Below, piece after piece: positions 1-15,001 of a stretch of 64,000 nucleotides of DNA. The notes beneath the pieces are model-generated. The model was given only the letters and a program-made list of their open reading frames with translations, was not told where the DNA came from and did not search any database. The translations under genes were made by a program, and so were the position numbers. Location: NCBI RefSeq assembly GCF_009914755.1, contig NC_060937.1; one strand, given 5' to 3'. The stretch is from the human T2T-CHM13v2.0 reference genome, Homo sapiens. Numbering within the stretch: position 1 is the stretch's first letter; every line of letters begins with the position of its first letter.

Positions 1-1149
1 CACACTAATTAAAAAAAAAAAGTTAAATGTTTCCTGGCATTTTATCTAGCATTATAGTGAGTAGATCCCTTGCAGTCTTGAAAATTGAAATCTTATCTCC
101 TTTGAAATAAAAATCCTGAAACACATTCACTTTTTTTAATACAGGGATACATCTTTATAATTTTTTTCCTTAGCATTTTTAGCTTTCCCAGACTTCTTAA
201 TATGAAAGTATAGTATTTTTGAAACCTTAATACCAATCACTACTTCTATAAAAGTGAAACAGTTCTTTATGATTTTCAACTTTTTAATCAGTTGTCCTGA
301 TATTGTTAAGCCTTTGACAACTGTGATAAACTCTATAAAAAAAACAAACAAGAAACTTTGTTCCTGATATCTTTAAAACATTAGTGTGCTAGAAAATTTG
401 GAGGCATGAGCAAATAAGACTTCCTCTGTATACCATCCTATTACTTCCTTTTATTAACTAGATCACTTCTGAGTTTCAACTATAAAACAAAAACAAACAA
501 AAAACATGACTTATAGCAGAAAAGACAAAACTTCAAGACGTTAAGAATGTTTGTGGAGGGAACTTACAGGTTTTTCCCTTCAGCACCTTTTTCTAAGTTC
601 TTTTCCTCTAAGTACACTGTTACCATCAGCCTCTCCAAGTAAGAACAGTACCGTGACACTGACTTAGATACAGACAATTGTTCCAACTATGTGCATTTGA
701 AATCTAAAACAGTTCAGCCCCCATTCTTGGCATTGTTGGATTTGATGCAATCATTTATTTCTTGTGACTGAATCTAAAAAGTAATGTTTCCAGCTCTGTG
801 AATCACAGAAGAGTTTGTCCAGTTACAGGAGGGGACACAGACTGAAGCCATGTGAGGAAAGGAGGATGAAAGATAGGGAGAGGCCTCTTTGCATTTGAGT
901 GTCTGACTTCGACTGTTGCTGAGTTCCTGCATTTTCTGACTTTCTTGCTGTAAAACCCTAACAATTTTCACATATTTTTTTCTGTGCTTATGCTGATTCA
1001 GATCATATATCTGTCACCTGTAAGTAAAACAATTCTAACAGATATGTGTAAAGTCTGGGTAATGAGATTATGTGTGACTTTGATTTGCCTCATTATACTG
1101 TACTTTCCAAATTCTAAAATAAACCTCCTTTTTTGTATGTGGACAAAAC

Positions 1150-1255
1150 CATTGCTGCTATGAAGAAATACCAAAAACTGAGTAATTTATAAAGAAAAGA
1201 GGCTTAATTGACTCACAGTTCCTTATGGCTGGGGAGGCCTCAGGAGACAATCATG
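1150..1255 (-). mobile_element. MaLR LTR fragment (THE1/MST-like)
   Basis: taatttataaagaaaagaggcttaattgactcacagttcc..ggctggggaggcctcagga; nearly the same motif as the complete LTR at 16605. Confidence 0.8.
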
Positions 1256-2807
1256 CTTATTTTTGAAAACTTTTTTTACAACAGTAAATAAGATGCAGTG
1301 ACCAAAAATGGATATTTTAAAGGAAATGTAATATTTTGTTCAAAACAGGGACAAAGTTTTCCAGTATCCATAAAGATATATTGTTGCCTTAACTGGGCTT
1401 CATGTTTAAGAGAAGGTTAAAGTAGGGTGACTGTTCACTTTAATCTTAGATAAAATTCCTCTCATATTTTGATTAAGTATAGATCTTTCTTTTTTAACTT
1501 AAAGGCCAGTTTGATAGTAATCAAGTATAAATATTAATGACATTTCTAATGTCTTAACATCTATATCCTTATTCTAACTCAGATTCTATAAAATAATTGA
1601 GGGCTTTTAACTAAAGCCTTGATTTTTATACCTAAGGCTATTTGTCACATCAATTCTTATACTGTTTATATAATCATGGTATTTTACTTACTGATCTATA
1701 CATTATTTGAAGGCAAAAGCTGGATAAACCTCATATTTATATGTAGTTCAGTGTCTTACCCATTTTTATGTTAAACATTGTGGAATCAACGAGATTTGAA
1801 GTTATTTTCTAGAAGGGATCTGTTATTTTATTATGTATCCAACACATATTACCAATACAGTATATATGATTACTAAACCTCTTAGCTGTTCACCCCTTTA
1901 CTTTTCTCTTAAAATATGATATTCAAGGCAAAATACAAAAACAGAAAAAAATACAAGTAAAATTTTTCCTCACTTATTAACTTATCACTAGTCACGAGCC
2001 TGGCTCTAGTGTTACCATATTTCTTCAGGTCATCCTGTTAGCCTCAATACATAACGTAGTTTCTAGTGCAGAGTAGATGCCCAATGACAAGTGCTGCAAA
2101 CAAATATTTTACATAAACATTTGCTAATAATTTATTAATATTGACAGTGACATGAACTGATTTATTTTTTACTGAAATATGTATTTTGGTGTGGTGCAAA
2201 CACATATAAGCAACTTGGAAATGTACACAAATTAGAAAGAAGTCGTTTAATGCATCCTGGTAATAAAGTGTTTCAGCAAATGTCTGTAGCTGAATCTTTG
2301 CCTTTGTAAAATGATAATTTTACTTACTAAAATACTAAAATTTTTTATCATTGTTTTTAACATGTAACTATAAAGATACAGATGTATGGCATCTATAGGA
2401 ATTGAGATACACAAACCAGAAATTATAACAATTATGTTGAAGGAGGTCAGTTACTTTGTGCCAAAGATTGACTTGTGAAGGATCCAGAGTATTTTTAAGT
2501 TAATTCAGTTGGTCATGTGCAAAAGAACAAAGATGATTGTATTAATCATTAATGAAGGTTGAAAACTGATGAAAGAGTAATGAATATTCTGGAAATTAAA
2601 GCTTTGGGAAGTTAGAATATGCTGTAAGAGCTTTATCTTTCACTTAAATTAATATGTCCCTTATACACAAAATAAGAATCTTAATCTCCTTTTGGGTGTT
2701 GTGATCTTAGTTGAATGTTCAGATGTCTTTCTTTTCCACTCAAGTTTTCCTAAGTTTTCCAAAATCCTTAACACTTTTCCTGATGACTAATATATAAAAC
2801 AAGATCT

Positions 2808-3126
<319 letters not shown>

Positions 3127-4445
3127 TTATAAACTATAATCATTTCCTAATTAAGGGGCAGGTATACCTATGACTCTGCATGAGGATAAAAGTGGTTGAA
3201 TATAGTAGTTTGTTGTTGTTGTTGTTGTTTTCTGAAACTTTCTCCTCTATCACCAACATCAGGAAGATGCCTTAGAGTTTCCTCACCCCCAAAATACTTT
3301 GTTATTTTCTGCCATGGCCTCCATAGTTAATGTAGCATAACAAAGAGCATATTATGCTATTGTAAAACACAATAATGATGAAAATATCCCAAATGTGTGT
3401 AAATGGTTAACTTAAAATTATTGATTTAGAATCATCTAATTTTAATACAGGGAGAAAAAGGAAAAAGAAACATGAACATTTTGGAAAGAGATGTACAAAA
3501 ACAGAAGTTAGCCAGGAAAAAAAAGGGATAAATTTTGCTTCGTTAATTATTTAGTCCAGAGGCTAGCCTTACTGCCAGCATATTATTTTCAAAGCAATTG
3601 CAACCCAAAATTATTAGTGAGGTTTTAAGAACATAGTTTAGACTAAAAATTTTTTCTATGCAATTCTGTGATTTGGAGTTGAATGTAGCACATTTTTTTG
3701 AAAGATTATTTTACTGGTAAAATTGTGTGTGCCAGGTCTAATACAAGGACAGCAAGTGATATTGTTCAAAGTTTTGCTCTGCTTTACTAACTTTAGGGGA
3801 CATAAAATGAGTATATCTAGTTTCTTCTTTTGAAGAAGAAAAGGGATTAGAACAGTTATTTCATGGAAACCTCGACTTATAGAAGCATTACACTCCGTTT
3901 CAATGGGATCCTGCTGATCCGATTAAGAAGTGAAGTTACACAGGTGCATTATCTAGTTCACTTTGAAAGAAAAAGCAACAGACTTGATCAAAACAAGTCT
4001 CCCCATGGCTGCATTGTCAGACAGGACCACTGTCAGGATACTAACAGAAATGTGAATGAGAATTGCTGTTTCTCACGATTGTTAATTGAGTATCTAATAA
4101 TGGATATCAGATGTTCTTTCCATTTTCTTCCTAGTCTAACTCTGTAAGATTCAATGAAAGGATCAGTAATTTTTAATACAAAGATATCTGGCTTCCTGCT
4201 ACCACCTACCTAAGTTAATTCTGCATGTATTTTATACATTCATGGAGAAGTATTGAGTGTTTTCTTCCCAAAGGTACATTATACAAACAATTCAAAAGTA
4301 TGATTTAAATAATGTCTTTATTTTACCCTGAAATAAATTCAATACTCTTCAAGTTGTTACTGAATAACTCAAGATTATGAACATTTTTTCAATAAAGAGA
4401 AAATCAGATTATATAAACAAAGCTTGCTAAGGAAGTGTTAATCAC

Positions 4446-5715
4446 ATTCATATTTGTTTATTCAACTATTTTTTTTTAGTACCTACTATGTGGCCAGTCC
4501 ATGTTCTGAGTGATTGGCATATAGCAATAGATAAAGGAGAACAAAAATTTCCTGCACTTGCTGTGGTCATGTTTTAGTAATGGTAAAAAAACAACAGACA
4601 AATACATAAGTAAAATGTGTGTGAGAGTGTGTGTGTATCTGTGTGTGTGTGTGAGAGGGAGAGAGAGAAAAATAGGGAGAAAGAGAGAGCGAGAGAGGTG
4701 GCGTTTGGTTTTAGGAGGAAATAGCACAAAGGAGTAATAGAGTATAAAATAGGGAGTGTCATTTTTATATATGATGATAATAAAAGGCTTCATTTATACA
4801 GCATTTGATTAACAACCTGAAAGACATGGGGGAGATGTCCATACTGGTTTTTGTGAGATGAGTGTTTCAGACACAGGCAGCAGCAAGTGTCAAAGCACAT
4901 AGACATGGTCTGTAGCAAATGGTTGAGGCAATCACAGTCAATGAGTTCAGAGAGGTAACAGAGAAACAGATTGTATAGGGCTTTGTGGAGCATAGTGAGG
5001 ATGTTAGCTTCCCTTTGAGTAAGATGGGAAGTTACTGTGGGATTTAAAGCAGCATTGTGGAAAATTTCTCATTCTGGGCCCTATGTCAAGAATAGCCTTT
5101 TGGAAAACAAGGTTGTAACCTGGCAGTCCAGTTGCAGCTATAACAAGCCTCTAAATGAGAGATAATTATGGTTTGAACAGGGCGGATGAAATAAGTGACC
5201 ATATTTTTAGCATATAAAAATAGGATTTGATGTTAGATTAGGTTTGGTGTAAGAGAAAGAAATGTGTGAATGCTGACTCCAAGGTTTTTTATCTTGGTAT
5301 CTGAAAAATGGGAATTGCATTTCCCGAAATAAAAACTGTAGGAAAAACAAGTTTTGCCTGGAAATTGGGAGTCTAGTTAGGAAAGCATTAAGTTGATTTG
5401 CCTGTAGCTATCTAAATGGTAAACTTGAGTAGACCATTACTATGCAAGTGTGGAGTTCACAGATATATATGTGTATGTGTATACACACATATACACACAC
5501 GTAAACTTGAACATGATTAATTTATGGATGGTATGTAATGCCATGGGAATGGATGAGATCACCAAAAGAGTGAGTGTGAAGAATAAAGCAGACAGGTTAG
5601 AGGAGTGAAAGTTGGGAGTTTGGCACTTCAATATTCAGTGGTTGAGAAGACAGGAGGATGGAATCAAGGAAAGAAACTTAGAAAAGTTAGTCAATGAAGA
5701 AGGAAGAAAACAACA
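4446..5715 (-). mobile_element. L2 (L2a-like) 3' fragment
   Basis: Starts with cattcatatttgtttattcaac..tacctactatgtg (reverse complement of the L2 3' tail); L2-like body such as gagatcaccaaaagagtgagtg. Confidence 0.75.
4616..4697. repeat. Compound (GT)n/(GA)n microsatellite
   Basis: Directly visible dinucleotide runs. Confidence 0.9.
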
Positions 5716-5859
5716 TTGTCTTAATTCTTTCAATTATATACATTATATATGTTCTATACTATATTATATTTTACTTATATAATTATATAATATTGTATTT
5801 ATTGTACAATATCAAATATAATCTTTTATAATATATAAAGTTATATATTCAAATATAAG

Positions 5860-6570
5860 ATTCTTTGCTGGACATCGTACACAAAAGAAACGTGAAAACT
5901 GAAGATGATGCCCTCCTCAGATGACCCTCCTCAGAGGATTTTCTTTCTTCCCTGTTAGATGACAGAGCAGCTGTCACCTCAATCCAATCAGACATTGATC
6001 AAGATCAGGTCTAGGTTTCAGTTTTAGGTACATTTAGCCCACTTATCTTTTCTAATGTCTCCAGGACAAGATGTGTTTTTATGTTTGTTTTAGGTCCTGT
6101 CCTTCATGGAACTGTGTCTCCTAAACACCATCGGACTGGGAGAACTCAGTTTCATTGTCCAGCTGAATCCTCCAGGCTTCCATATCATCATCTCAGCACT
6201 TAGAAAAGAACAGAGAAAAAAAAAAAAACAGCATAAACCTGAAATTCCTCTAGATTATAATCCAGCACATCAGCCCCTATAGCCATCACAAATTTATAGG
6301 ATTTCTCCACCACAAACTATCTTTACCTAGACAAAGCCTGATGCTCAGCCTGCAACCCAATGACTCAAAGGACAGAAAATGTCTGACAATCTCAAGCTTA
6401 CTTTTAAAAGGGCATTTTTCTCTCTATTTTCATTCATCTGGTATTCTTCACTTCCAGTGTTTTAAAACACACTAATTTTTAATTCATCTTTGGTTTTTCC
6501 TAGTTGTTGCTTTGGAAGTGATTTTCTTTTGCTGGCTACTAAACTCTACTTGTAAGTGGAAGTCTGATTA
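5860..6570 (-). mobile_element. Old L1M 5'-region-like fragment
   Basis: Degenerate similarity by eye (ccctcctcagaggattttctttcttcc..gctgtcacctcaatccaatcag); not well resolved. Confidence 0.35.
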
Positions 6571-6799
6571 TTTATTTTCTATGTTCACATTTTTGTGGTA
6601 TCTGAGCATTTGAAAAAACTTAATTAAAAAAAAAGAACTTCATCACAAGTGGTGGGGCGGCTGTACAGGCAACATTGGACTGAAGAGCAAGGAGAAGGGA
6701 TGAGGGAAGAGGATTCTAGCAATTGCTGGTGGTGTGACTTTAAGCAAGTTTTATATGTTCTCCAAGCATCATGCTCTTGTTAACGACTCAATAAAGGTA

Positions 6800-7270
6800 G
6801 TTGTAATGGACATTTTTCCTACTCCTTACCTTAATTCCTTCATGATCTGATAAGAGCACTCTCATTTTCCTTGAGGAAAGAAACATTCTAACTCATTCTC
6901 AGGCCAGGTAGTTTGCGTGAAATGATCCCACCCTTGGCCTTGGGAAGTAGGCATGTGACCCAAAAACCTAATCGGAACATTTTATCCCCTATCCCTTAAC
7001 CAGGGCAAGAAGCTGCTGCCGAGGACCCCATGTGACCTATTTCATAGCACTCTGCCAATTGCAATAAAAAGACATCTTTTAGTTTATTGCTTGAGAGGAC
7101 AGAGTGAAAACCTGGAGCTGTTAATACCTCACTGCAACATCCCCCCACCTGCATGATGGGGCACAGGGTAAAACAGAGCCAAGAAACTGAGACAGCCAAG
7201 TCCTGATGGCTTCAAATCAGCCACAGGATCCAGATAAGCCTGATCTAATGTGAATCTTCCAGTGTACTAT
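6800..7270. mobile_element. Old LTR (MLT1/LTR16-like) remnant
   Basis: ggcatgtgaccc, cctggagctg, gtcctgatggc..ggatccag motifs typical of old MaLR/ERVL LTRs. Confidence 0.45.
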
Positions 7271-7305
7271 TTCCTTACATCTGCATAGTGGGAATCCTTT
7301 GTTCC

Positions 7306-8765
7306 TTTTTTTTTTTTTTTTAAATTATACTTTAAGTTCTAGGGTACATGTGCACAATGTGCAGGCTAGTTACATATGTATACATGTGCCATGTTGGTGT
7401 GCTACACCCATTAACTTATCATTTACATTAGGTATATATCCTAATGCTATCCCTCCCCACTACCCCCACCCCACAACAGGCCCCAGTGTGTGATGTTCCA
7501 TTCCTGTGTCCAAGTGTTCTCATTGTTCAATTCCCACCTATGAGTGAGAACATGCAGTGTTTGGTTTTTTGTCCTTGCGATAGTTTGCTGAGAATGATGG
7601 TTTCCAGCTTCATCCATGTCCCTACAATGGACATGAACTCATCCTTTTTATGGCTGCATAGTATTCCACGGTGTATATGTGCCACATTTTCTTAATCCAG
7701 TCTATCATTGATGGACATTTGGGTTGGTTCCAAGTCTTTGCTATTGTGAATAGTGCCTCAGTAAACATACGTGTGCATGTGTGCCTTTATAACAGCGTGA
7801 TTTATAATCCTTTGGGTATATACCTAGTAATGGGATGGCTGGGTCAAATGGTATTCCTAGTTCTAGATCCCTGAGGAATCGCCACACTGTCTTCCACAAC
7901 GGTTGAACTAGTTTACAGTCCCACCAACAGTGTAAAAGTGTTCCTATTTCTCCACATCCTCTCCAGCACCTGTTGTTCCCTGAATATTAATGATCACCAT
8001 TCTAACTGGTGTGAGATGGTATCTCATTGGGGTTTTGATTTGCATTTCTCTGATGGCCAGTGATGAAGAGCATTTTTTCATGTGTCTGTTGGCTGCATAA
8101 ATGTCTTCTTTTGAGAATTGTCTGATCATCTCCTTCGCCCACTTGTTGATGGGGTTGTTTGTTTTTTTCTTGTAAATTTGTTTGAGTTCTTTGTAAATTC
8201 TGGACATTAGCCCTTTGTCAGATGAGTAGATTGCAAAAATTTTCTCCCATTCTGTGGGTTGCCTGTTCACTCTGATGGTAGTTCCTTTTGCTGTGCAAAA
8301 GTTCTTTAGTTTAATTAGATCCCATTTGTCAATTTTGGCTTTTGTTGCCATTGCTTTTGGTGTTTTAGACATGAAGTCCTTGCCCATGCCTATGTCCTGA
8401 ATGGTATTACCTAAGTTTTCTTCCAGGGTTTTTATGGTTTTAGATCTAACATTTAAGTTTTTTATCAATCTTGAATTAATTTTTTCATAAGATGTAAAGA
8501 AGGGATCCAGTTTCAGCTTTCTACATATGGCTAGCCAGTTTTCCCAGCACCATTTGTTAAATAGGGAATCCTTTCCCTATTTCTTGTTTTTGTCAGGTTT
8601 GTCAAAGATCAGATGGTTGTAGATGTGTGGTATTATTTCTGAGGGCTCTGTTCTGTTCCATTGGTCTATATGTCTGTTTGGTACCAGTACCATGCTGTTT
8701 TGATTACTGTATGCCTTGTAGTATAGTTTGAAGTCAGGTAGCGTGATGCCTCCAGTTTTGTTCTT
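7306..8765 (-). mobile_element. 5'-truncated L1PA4-like LINE-1 (copy A, ~1.45 kb)
   Basis: Poly(T) then ttatactttaagttctagggtacatgtgcac; ORF2 C-terminal peptides in ORFs 7944..8468 and 8577..8840; short TSD/microhomology tttgttc at both ends. Confidence 0.97.
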
Positions 8766-9684
8766 AATACAAGATCTTAACAACAACAGTGACAAGGTAA
8801 ACAGCTTCCTGTCAGTCATGAAAATGAAGGAATCAAACAAATGGAAGTATGGGAAAAGAATTCTTACAATTTCTACAAAGATCTCTGTATTCTCTTTAAG
8901 AAGATAACAATTTCTTTTTAAGTGATAATACTAAGACTCCTTTATCAAGTCCGCACTTTCTTTTGTAGTGTAAGCTGCACGTTCACCATCAGCATAAAGA
9001 TGGAGTGGGAGGAAAAGGGAAAATTCCAAGATCGATCAAATAACTCATTTCCTATTTTGGTTGTGTACTACTAATCCTTGACTTATTAGTCACTAAATCT
9101 CTCTTTCACCCATGTTAGTAAGGCACTTGTTCTCAAAAAATGACTATCAATGATATTCATTCATGGCATTAATAACAATATTTGCAATGAGCTTTTACAG
9201 AGAAACATGCATAAATTGTAGTTTTTATTATTTTTGCATATTATGGAACACTATTACTATTAAAATAAAATATAGATTTCAAGTTCTTAAAATTTCTATT
9301 TGAAACATTAACAGTAAAGGCAGGTTAGATATAATTGGAAATGATTTTATCTGTTTTGTCTTGGCCCCAGAGGTCACATATTGGATCCAGGGATACAAAT
9401 TGGAGAGAGGGGAAGATTTTGACTTAATGTTCTAACAATTACCACTCTCTGAATATGAAATAAGCCAAGATAAATAATTTCTAGGTTTTCTTTTGCCTTG
9501 GAGCCCTGAAATTCTTTAAGCCTGATTTGTATTGATAAAGGGTGGAAGTTATTTATAAAAATGAAAATGATTCCTTAGAAATATGAACTGTGCAGGAGAG
9601 AATTGATATTATAATTGATTAAACTGTGCCAGGCTTTAAATACCTTTTCTTATTGAGAAAAATATTGAAAATAATTGTTAATTC

Positions 9685-9805
9685 CACTTCTATTGGTGAA
9701 AACCTGAGGCTTCGAGAGGTAAGATAACTTGTCCAAGACCACTAGCTAATAAATCATAGACCAGGATTATATTCTCCAAATCCTGTCTTTCCATTACACA
9801 ATAGT
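9685..9805 (-). mobile_element. MIR
   Basis: ggtgaaaacctgaggcttcgagaggtaagataacttgtccaagaccactagcta (MIR core). Confidence 0.75.
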
Positions 9806-10474
9806 GTTTATTCTATATCACATATGAGACTTCTCAAAAGCTGCTAGTGTTGCCTTGGCTTAAGTAAATATTCAGACAGATGCTTGGAGAGTACAGGTTT
9901 GAAAAAATAATAAGAAAATTAGCAGAGGGATAAAATTTATAAACATTTGCAATAAATACAAAGGAAAAATATAAATAATTACTTTTATAAAGTTTATTTT
10001 ATTTAAAGTACAATACATAGAAAAATATAATAATGTACACTCACAGTTCACCAGCAAAATCTAATGGAACTAGCCACCTTTCACTTGAGATAGTCCAGGG
10101 CTCAGGGAGCACGACATCACAAAGTGCTAACACAGAACTAATTAGTACTAGTAAATGCCATATTTAACATGTTGGTAACCTATAATGTATTTACAAATAT
10201 TTTCAGATTCTTTAATAGTATTACCTGCTTCCGTATCAAAAAGCCTAGGTCAAGAATTGCACTAAAAGATTTCCAAGATCTTTTTGGTAAATATAATAAC
10301 TCTTTTTATCATTTATAGGCTGTAAGACAAATTTCTGCCAAGGGTAGTTGCTTTAGTAATGTTGCTTGTATGTTCTGAACGGGGACATTTCCTGATTCAT
10401 GGTTGAAAATTATAGATAGGAGTAGAATGTACTTCTTCCACAAAAGCAGATCTGATTATACCTAAGAGGTATGA

Positions 10475-10690
10475 AAGTACAGTGATTAAGAACTTGGGGT
10501 CTAGAAGCAGACTGCCTGAGTTCAAGAGCCCCTGTTTGTTATTAGTTGTGCAAAATCTATGAGTTCATTAATTATCTATGCCTCTGTGTCTCTTCTGTGA
10601 AAAGAGGATCCAAATATTGCATGTGTGTCTTAATGTAAAATTCTTAGAAAATTGCCTGGCACAAAATGAGCTCTATTTGATACCTATTAA
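10475..10690 (+). mobile_element. MIR
   Basis: agtgattaagaacttggggtctagaagcagactgcctgagttcaa..cttagaaaattgcctggcaca. Confidence 0.75.
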
Positions 10691-13489
10691 CCTTAATTAT
10701 AATAGTCTCTTTTTTCTGAATAAAAACTATTGACCTATCTTTTCCAGTTGTTATTTTGGTTTCATTTGAAGGAAAATAATCAGAAATCTATTGTGCACAA
10801 ATAACTTTTAATTTTAAGATTTTATCAACTTTTCAGAGTAGCAAAATACTTCAAAATAACTGTTATACTTGGTTCAGAAATAAACGTATTTTCCATGTAT
10901 TTATTCAAGTAGGGCAATTGTATTCTAAATGTAATCTCTCTCTTTATAAAAAATTCCTTTAAATGAATAGTGAAGCAATAAGAGGCACCTACAAAGTTGT
11001 AAAAGAATCGACACTGCCTACAATTTATGAGAGATAGACATATGCAAATGAACTATTTATCAAGTTTATAATTCATATAGTTTCAGAAAACTACAAAGAA
11101 ATACTATGCACCTATTTACGGAAAGTCCAAGGAGGAGAAAGGAGAAATTTACCTTAAGTATTTCTGCTACATATATGTAATCTCAATTTTGTAAATAAAA
11201 TGCAAGTGGCACATAAGCAGTTGTAACTGCTGGTAGGACAAAGGCATCTGGTTTTGTCAATCTCTTTACAAATTGGAATCAATATATTTTTAAGTAACTG
11301 ATACACATCATGGCTCTATAGTTTTCCTGATAAATGGCACTACATTACTTAAACTTATAAATGTGTAGAAATATCTCCTGACATTAAAAAAAATTGTAGT
11401 GGTCACACAGTCATTTAGAAATGAAAACCAGATATGCTATAAAGCAATGTAAGTTCTGCAAAACAGGAAGAGTGAGAATTGGTAAGCTTACATTTTAAAT
11501 ATATTTTGTCTGTTTATGGATTCTGTGATTTAATGAATAATTTCTGCATGAATTAATCTACTATTATGAAGGAACTAAGCATTTCTACTAAGGCATAAAA
11601 ACCAAAATTTAGGATAATATAGTCTAAAAATTTAGACAATGTAGTCAAAGAATAGTATGCCTTAATTAAGAAAGGTCACACTGTTTGACTGATGTGTCAA
11701 GTTCAAGATGGATGCACATGAAGTGGTCAGATCAAACAGGGAGATAGTAGCAGCCAGGTCATTTGGACCAGAGTCAGCTCCTGAGGCGATAACAGATGTT
11801 GAAGCCAGATTACCCTCCCAGGTAATCTGTCCTTCTTGCCTTATCTAGTTTGTGAACTCCAAGTTATTTTCAAATTTAAGCTGTGGTTTTAATATTTTGT
11901 GAATCTTTACTTGTCTGCCCCAGAGGGTAGGTTTTAGCTCCTGCTTCATGATCTCCTAGTACGCTGACCTTGCTACTATTATCACATTTTATTATGCCTT
12001 ATAACCCTGAACTGTAATTTTTAATCACCATATAAATTTTATCCCTATTGTAAACCACTAGAATACTGGGATACTGTTTTATTCATTTTTAATTGACATA
12101 AATTAGCATAGTTTCTAATATATAATATGCATTCCATACATACTTTGTTGACTTCAATAAAAACTTTAAACTTAGTTTAAAATGTATAGCTCATGGTTTG
12201 TCTCTATCTTTGTGTTGAGAAAGACATGGATGTTGAAGCCTCTTCACATCCCTGTAGGCATTTTTCTTATCCTACTTATGTCCTTTGTCCTGTTCCTCTT
12301 GTTCACCGTGTTGTTCCCAGAGCTCTTTTTAGAATCCCAGCATTCATTAATCATTAATCATTTTTTGTACACATTATTATTCATTTCTAACAATTTTTCA
12401 AGATTTTTCTACAATCTCTCTTTCTGTGCTCTTATAAAGTACTTCTTATAGAACAAACAGATCAGAAGAGAAAGATGGTTTCCTCCTACAGGCAAAATAG
12501 TACATAACTCTGGTTATCTTGCTAGCACTTTAATGATTAATCATACTTTAAAATACCTTAACAAAAACTTTAAATGTACTTAAGTTTTAAAACACAGTAG
12601 GTAACTTTTAAAAAATGCTTTAAACTGTATAAAGAAGTGCCTTACTCCACCTCTGTAGAAAGCACCAAACTTATATCGTCATTTTTGGATATAGTGATCA
12701 CATGATAGAATAAAAAAACAAATTTTGTCCCTTCATTCTCACGTGTACACTTCTGTGTTCCATCATTAGGCCAAAATGAAGTCTACAAAAGGGTTTGGAA
12801 TTCAGTCTTGCAATCTTGAATACCTAAATTCATTACTCTGTAAAAACAAATCTGTCTTTCAGAGGGTGACTCACATTAACCAAGCATACAAAATCTGATT
12901 GTTTATATCATATTAAAATGAATAAACTTACAAGAAAAAATAAACTATCATGTGGAGAAGAGTATCTATACTCACAGAACAAGCATGTTTATATTACTAC
13001 AACATATTTAAAGTATTGAAAAGGAAATAAACATGTACCAGTGTAAACTATTCTAAGTCAGTATTTTCTCCCTTGTTTTTTACTAAAGCAGAAACTGCAA
13101 TTTTAAGCATATCTTCAAACATAAATCTTCAAGAACAAGATGCTACAGTTAGCCAAACCCCTCACCTCAGTTTGGATTTTTGGTTTGTTAGTCTTCTACT
13201 GTGTTATTTGTTTAGTGTACTAGTACCTTCAATCAGATTACATCTCTTTTAGGGGATTTAGAATAGACTGTTTTGTTGCTTTTATATTCTTTCAGAATAC
13301 GTTTTTCTATGTCACATTTCAATATTATTTGGAGTAGGGTAACATGTAATATTTTCCCATATTGCCACATAGAAGTTTCAATACTCAATGTGAAATGCAT
13401 ATCTTTACAAGTTAATGGGAATGTGAAAAGGAGGAAAGAAAACAAGAAAACAATTATTGCTTACTTGTTCCACACACTTTGAAAATATC

Positions 13490-13650
13490 ACACAAATCTT
13501 CAAAGTAATCCTTTGAGATATATTTATTATCTCCCTTTTACAAATGAATGGAGTCTCATACATTTTGTATCACTTGCCCAGGTCACATGTTAAACCATGA
13601 TATAATCCTAGATCTAACTCCAAAGAGACCTCTCCAGTATATACTATGTC
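13490..13650 (-). mobile_element. MIR
   Basis: attatctcccttttacaaatga..cacttgcccaggtcaca. Confidence 0.6.
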
Positions 13651-14401
13651 CAATAAGCAGAGAAACTTAAATGTGAGCAATTCATTATAGTGACAAAAAA
13701 GAGTACTAAACCCAAAATATTAATCTTCTATGTATTTAATGATATGCATAATTGCTACGGTTTTGCTTGATAATTAAGATGTAAATACTAAACAGATGAG
13801 TAAATAGTTGTTAATTAATATTTAAAAGTCACGTATTTTTGAATCAGAACAAAGAAAAATGTCATAACAAGAAGGTATTTTAATGCCTTACTTAAGCTAA
13901 CTTGAGTCCCTTTAATCCTCTACTGAAAACTTTCCTCTTATTAAATAACACTTATGTACAATATATAGCACTAGAGTGACCTCCAAATCCTTTCTTTATC
14001 TTAGAAAAGTAAAGTACACTGCTTCTGAAATACTTGACCTATATTGGCAAAAATCTAAAAGTGAGTGATGCGCATAGATAAATTAAATAGAAAAATAACC
14101 ATTTTAGGTGGAAATGTTAAGGGAATAAATTATAGATTTGTCAGAATTTGAACTTATGCCTTATGAAAAACAGAAGATGAAAAGACCAAGACAAAAGAAA
14201 ATCAGGTTCTTTTGGCAGATTAAATTGAATGTGCAAAAGGCAAATGTAGAAAAACATAAGGCTTTTTACAGGCAATTAAACTAGTTTGGATAGCATTAGT
14301 TTGCATAGAGATTTGTGGTATATAAAAAAAGAAGGAAAGGTTGGGCACAGACAAGAAATGCCTTAAAATGCATAAAATCTGTGCATATTTTTCAGAGTCC
14401 T

Positions 14402-15001
14402 TGTGATAGATAGAATCCTAAGATAACCCCCAAATCGCCTACACCTGGTATAATTTACCTTCTACTGGCTATTGAATCATACACTAATGTAGATGCTGCT
14501 GTGAAGGGATTTTTGCCAAGGCGATTAAGTTCTCAAGATAATTCACTTTAAAATCCTGGATGGATTTGACTTAGGTGAACTTTTAAGAGGAACTGGGACC
14601 TTCTAGAAGTTAGATTTGAAGCATAAGAGAGATTTGACATGACAAGCTCTCTCTTCTTGGCTGTGAAGATGAAGAGGGTCACATGGCAAGGAATGTGGAG
14701 CAGCCTCAAGGACCTTATAAGGCCCACAGCTAACATCCAGAAAGGAAACAGGCACCTCTGTCTACACAGCAAGGAAATTAAGTCTGCCACATTCACCTGA
14801 GTTTGGAAGACGACTTTGAGCTCCAGATGAGAACACAGCATTGACACCTTAATTTCAGCCTTGTGAGAAATTAAGCAGAAGAGTTAGTAGTCATGCCATG
14901 TCTGAATTTCTGAACTACAGAACTGACAGAGAATAAATAGGTACTGTTTTAAGCAGCTAAATTTGTAGTAATATGTTATGAAGCAATGTAAAACTAATAC
15001 A
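14402..15001 (+). mobile_element. MLT1 (E/F-like) MaLR solo LTR
   Basis: TG..CA ends; cacatggcaaggaatgtggagcagcct, ctccagatgagaacacagc, gttttaagcagctaaatttgtagtaa, aaactaataca. Confidence 0.85.

Noticed and set aside
774-971. 65-aa minus-strand ORF in unique sequence, as a terminal exon
   Set aside because: Weak acceptor, no recognisable homology and no partner exons.
3863-4147. 94-aa ATG-initiated ORF in unique sequence
   Set aside because: No recognisable protein features, promoter or splice context; compatible with chance. The DNA could be regulatory, but sequence alone cannot show that.
8750-8765. Copy A 5' breakpoint falls at the same L1 position (aagaacaa) as the end of the copy D inverted arm
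   Set aside because: Short T-rich microhomology can explain the coincidence; no further evidence of a single event.
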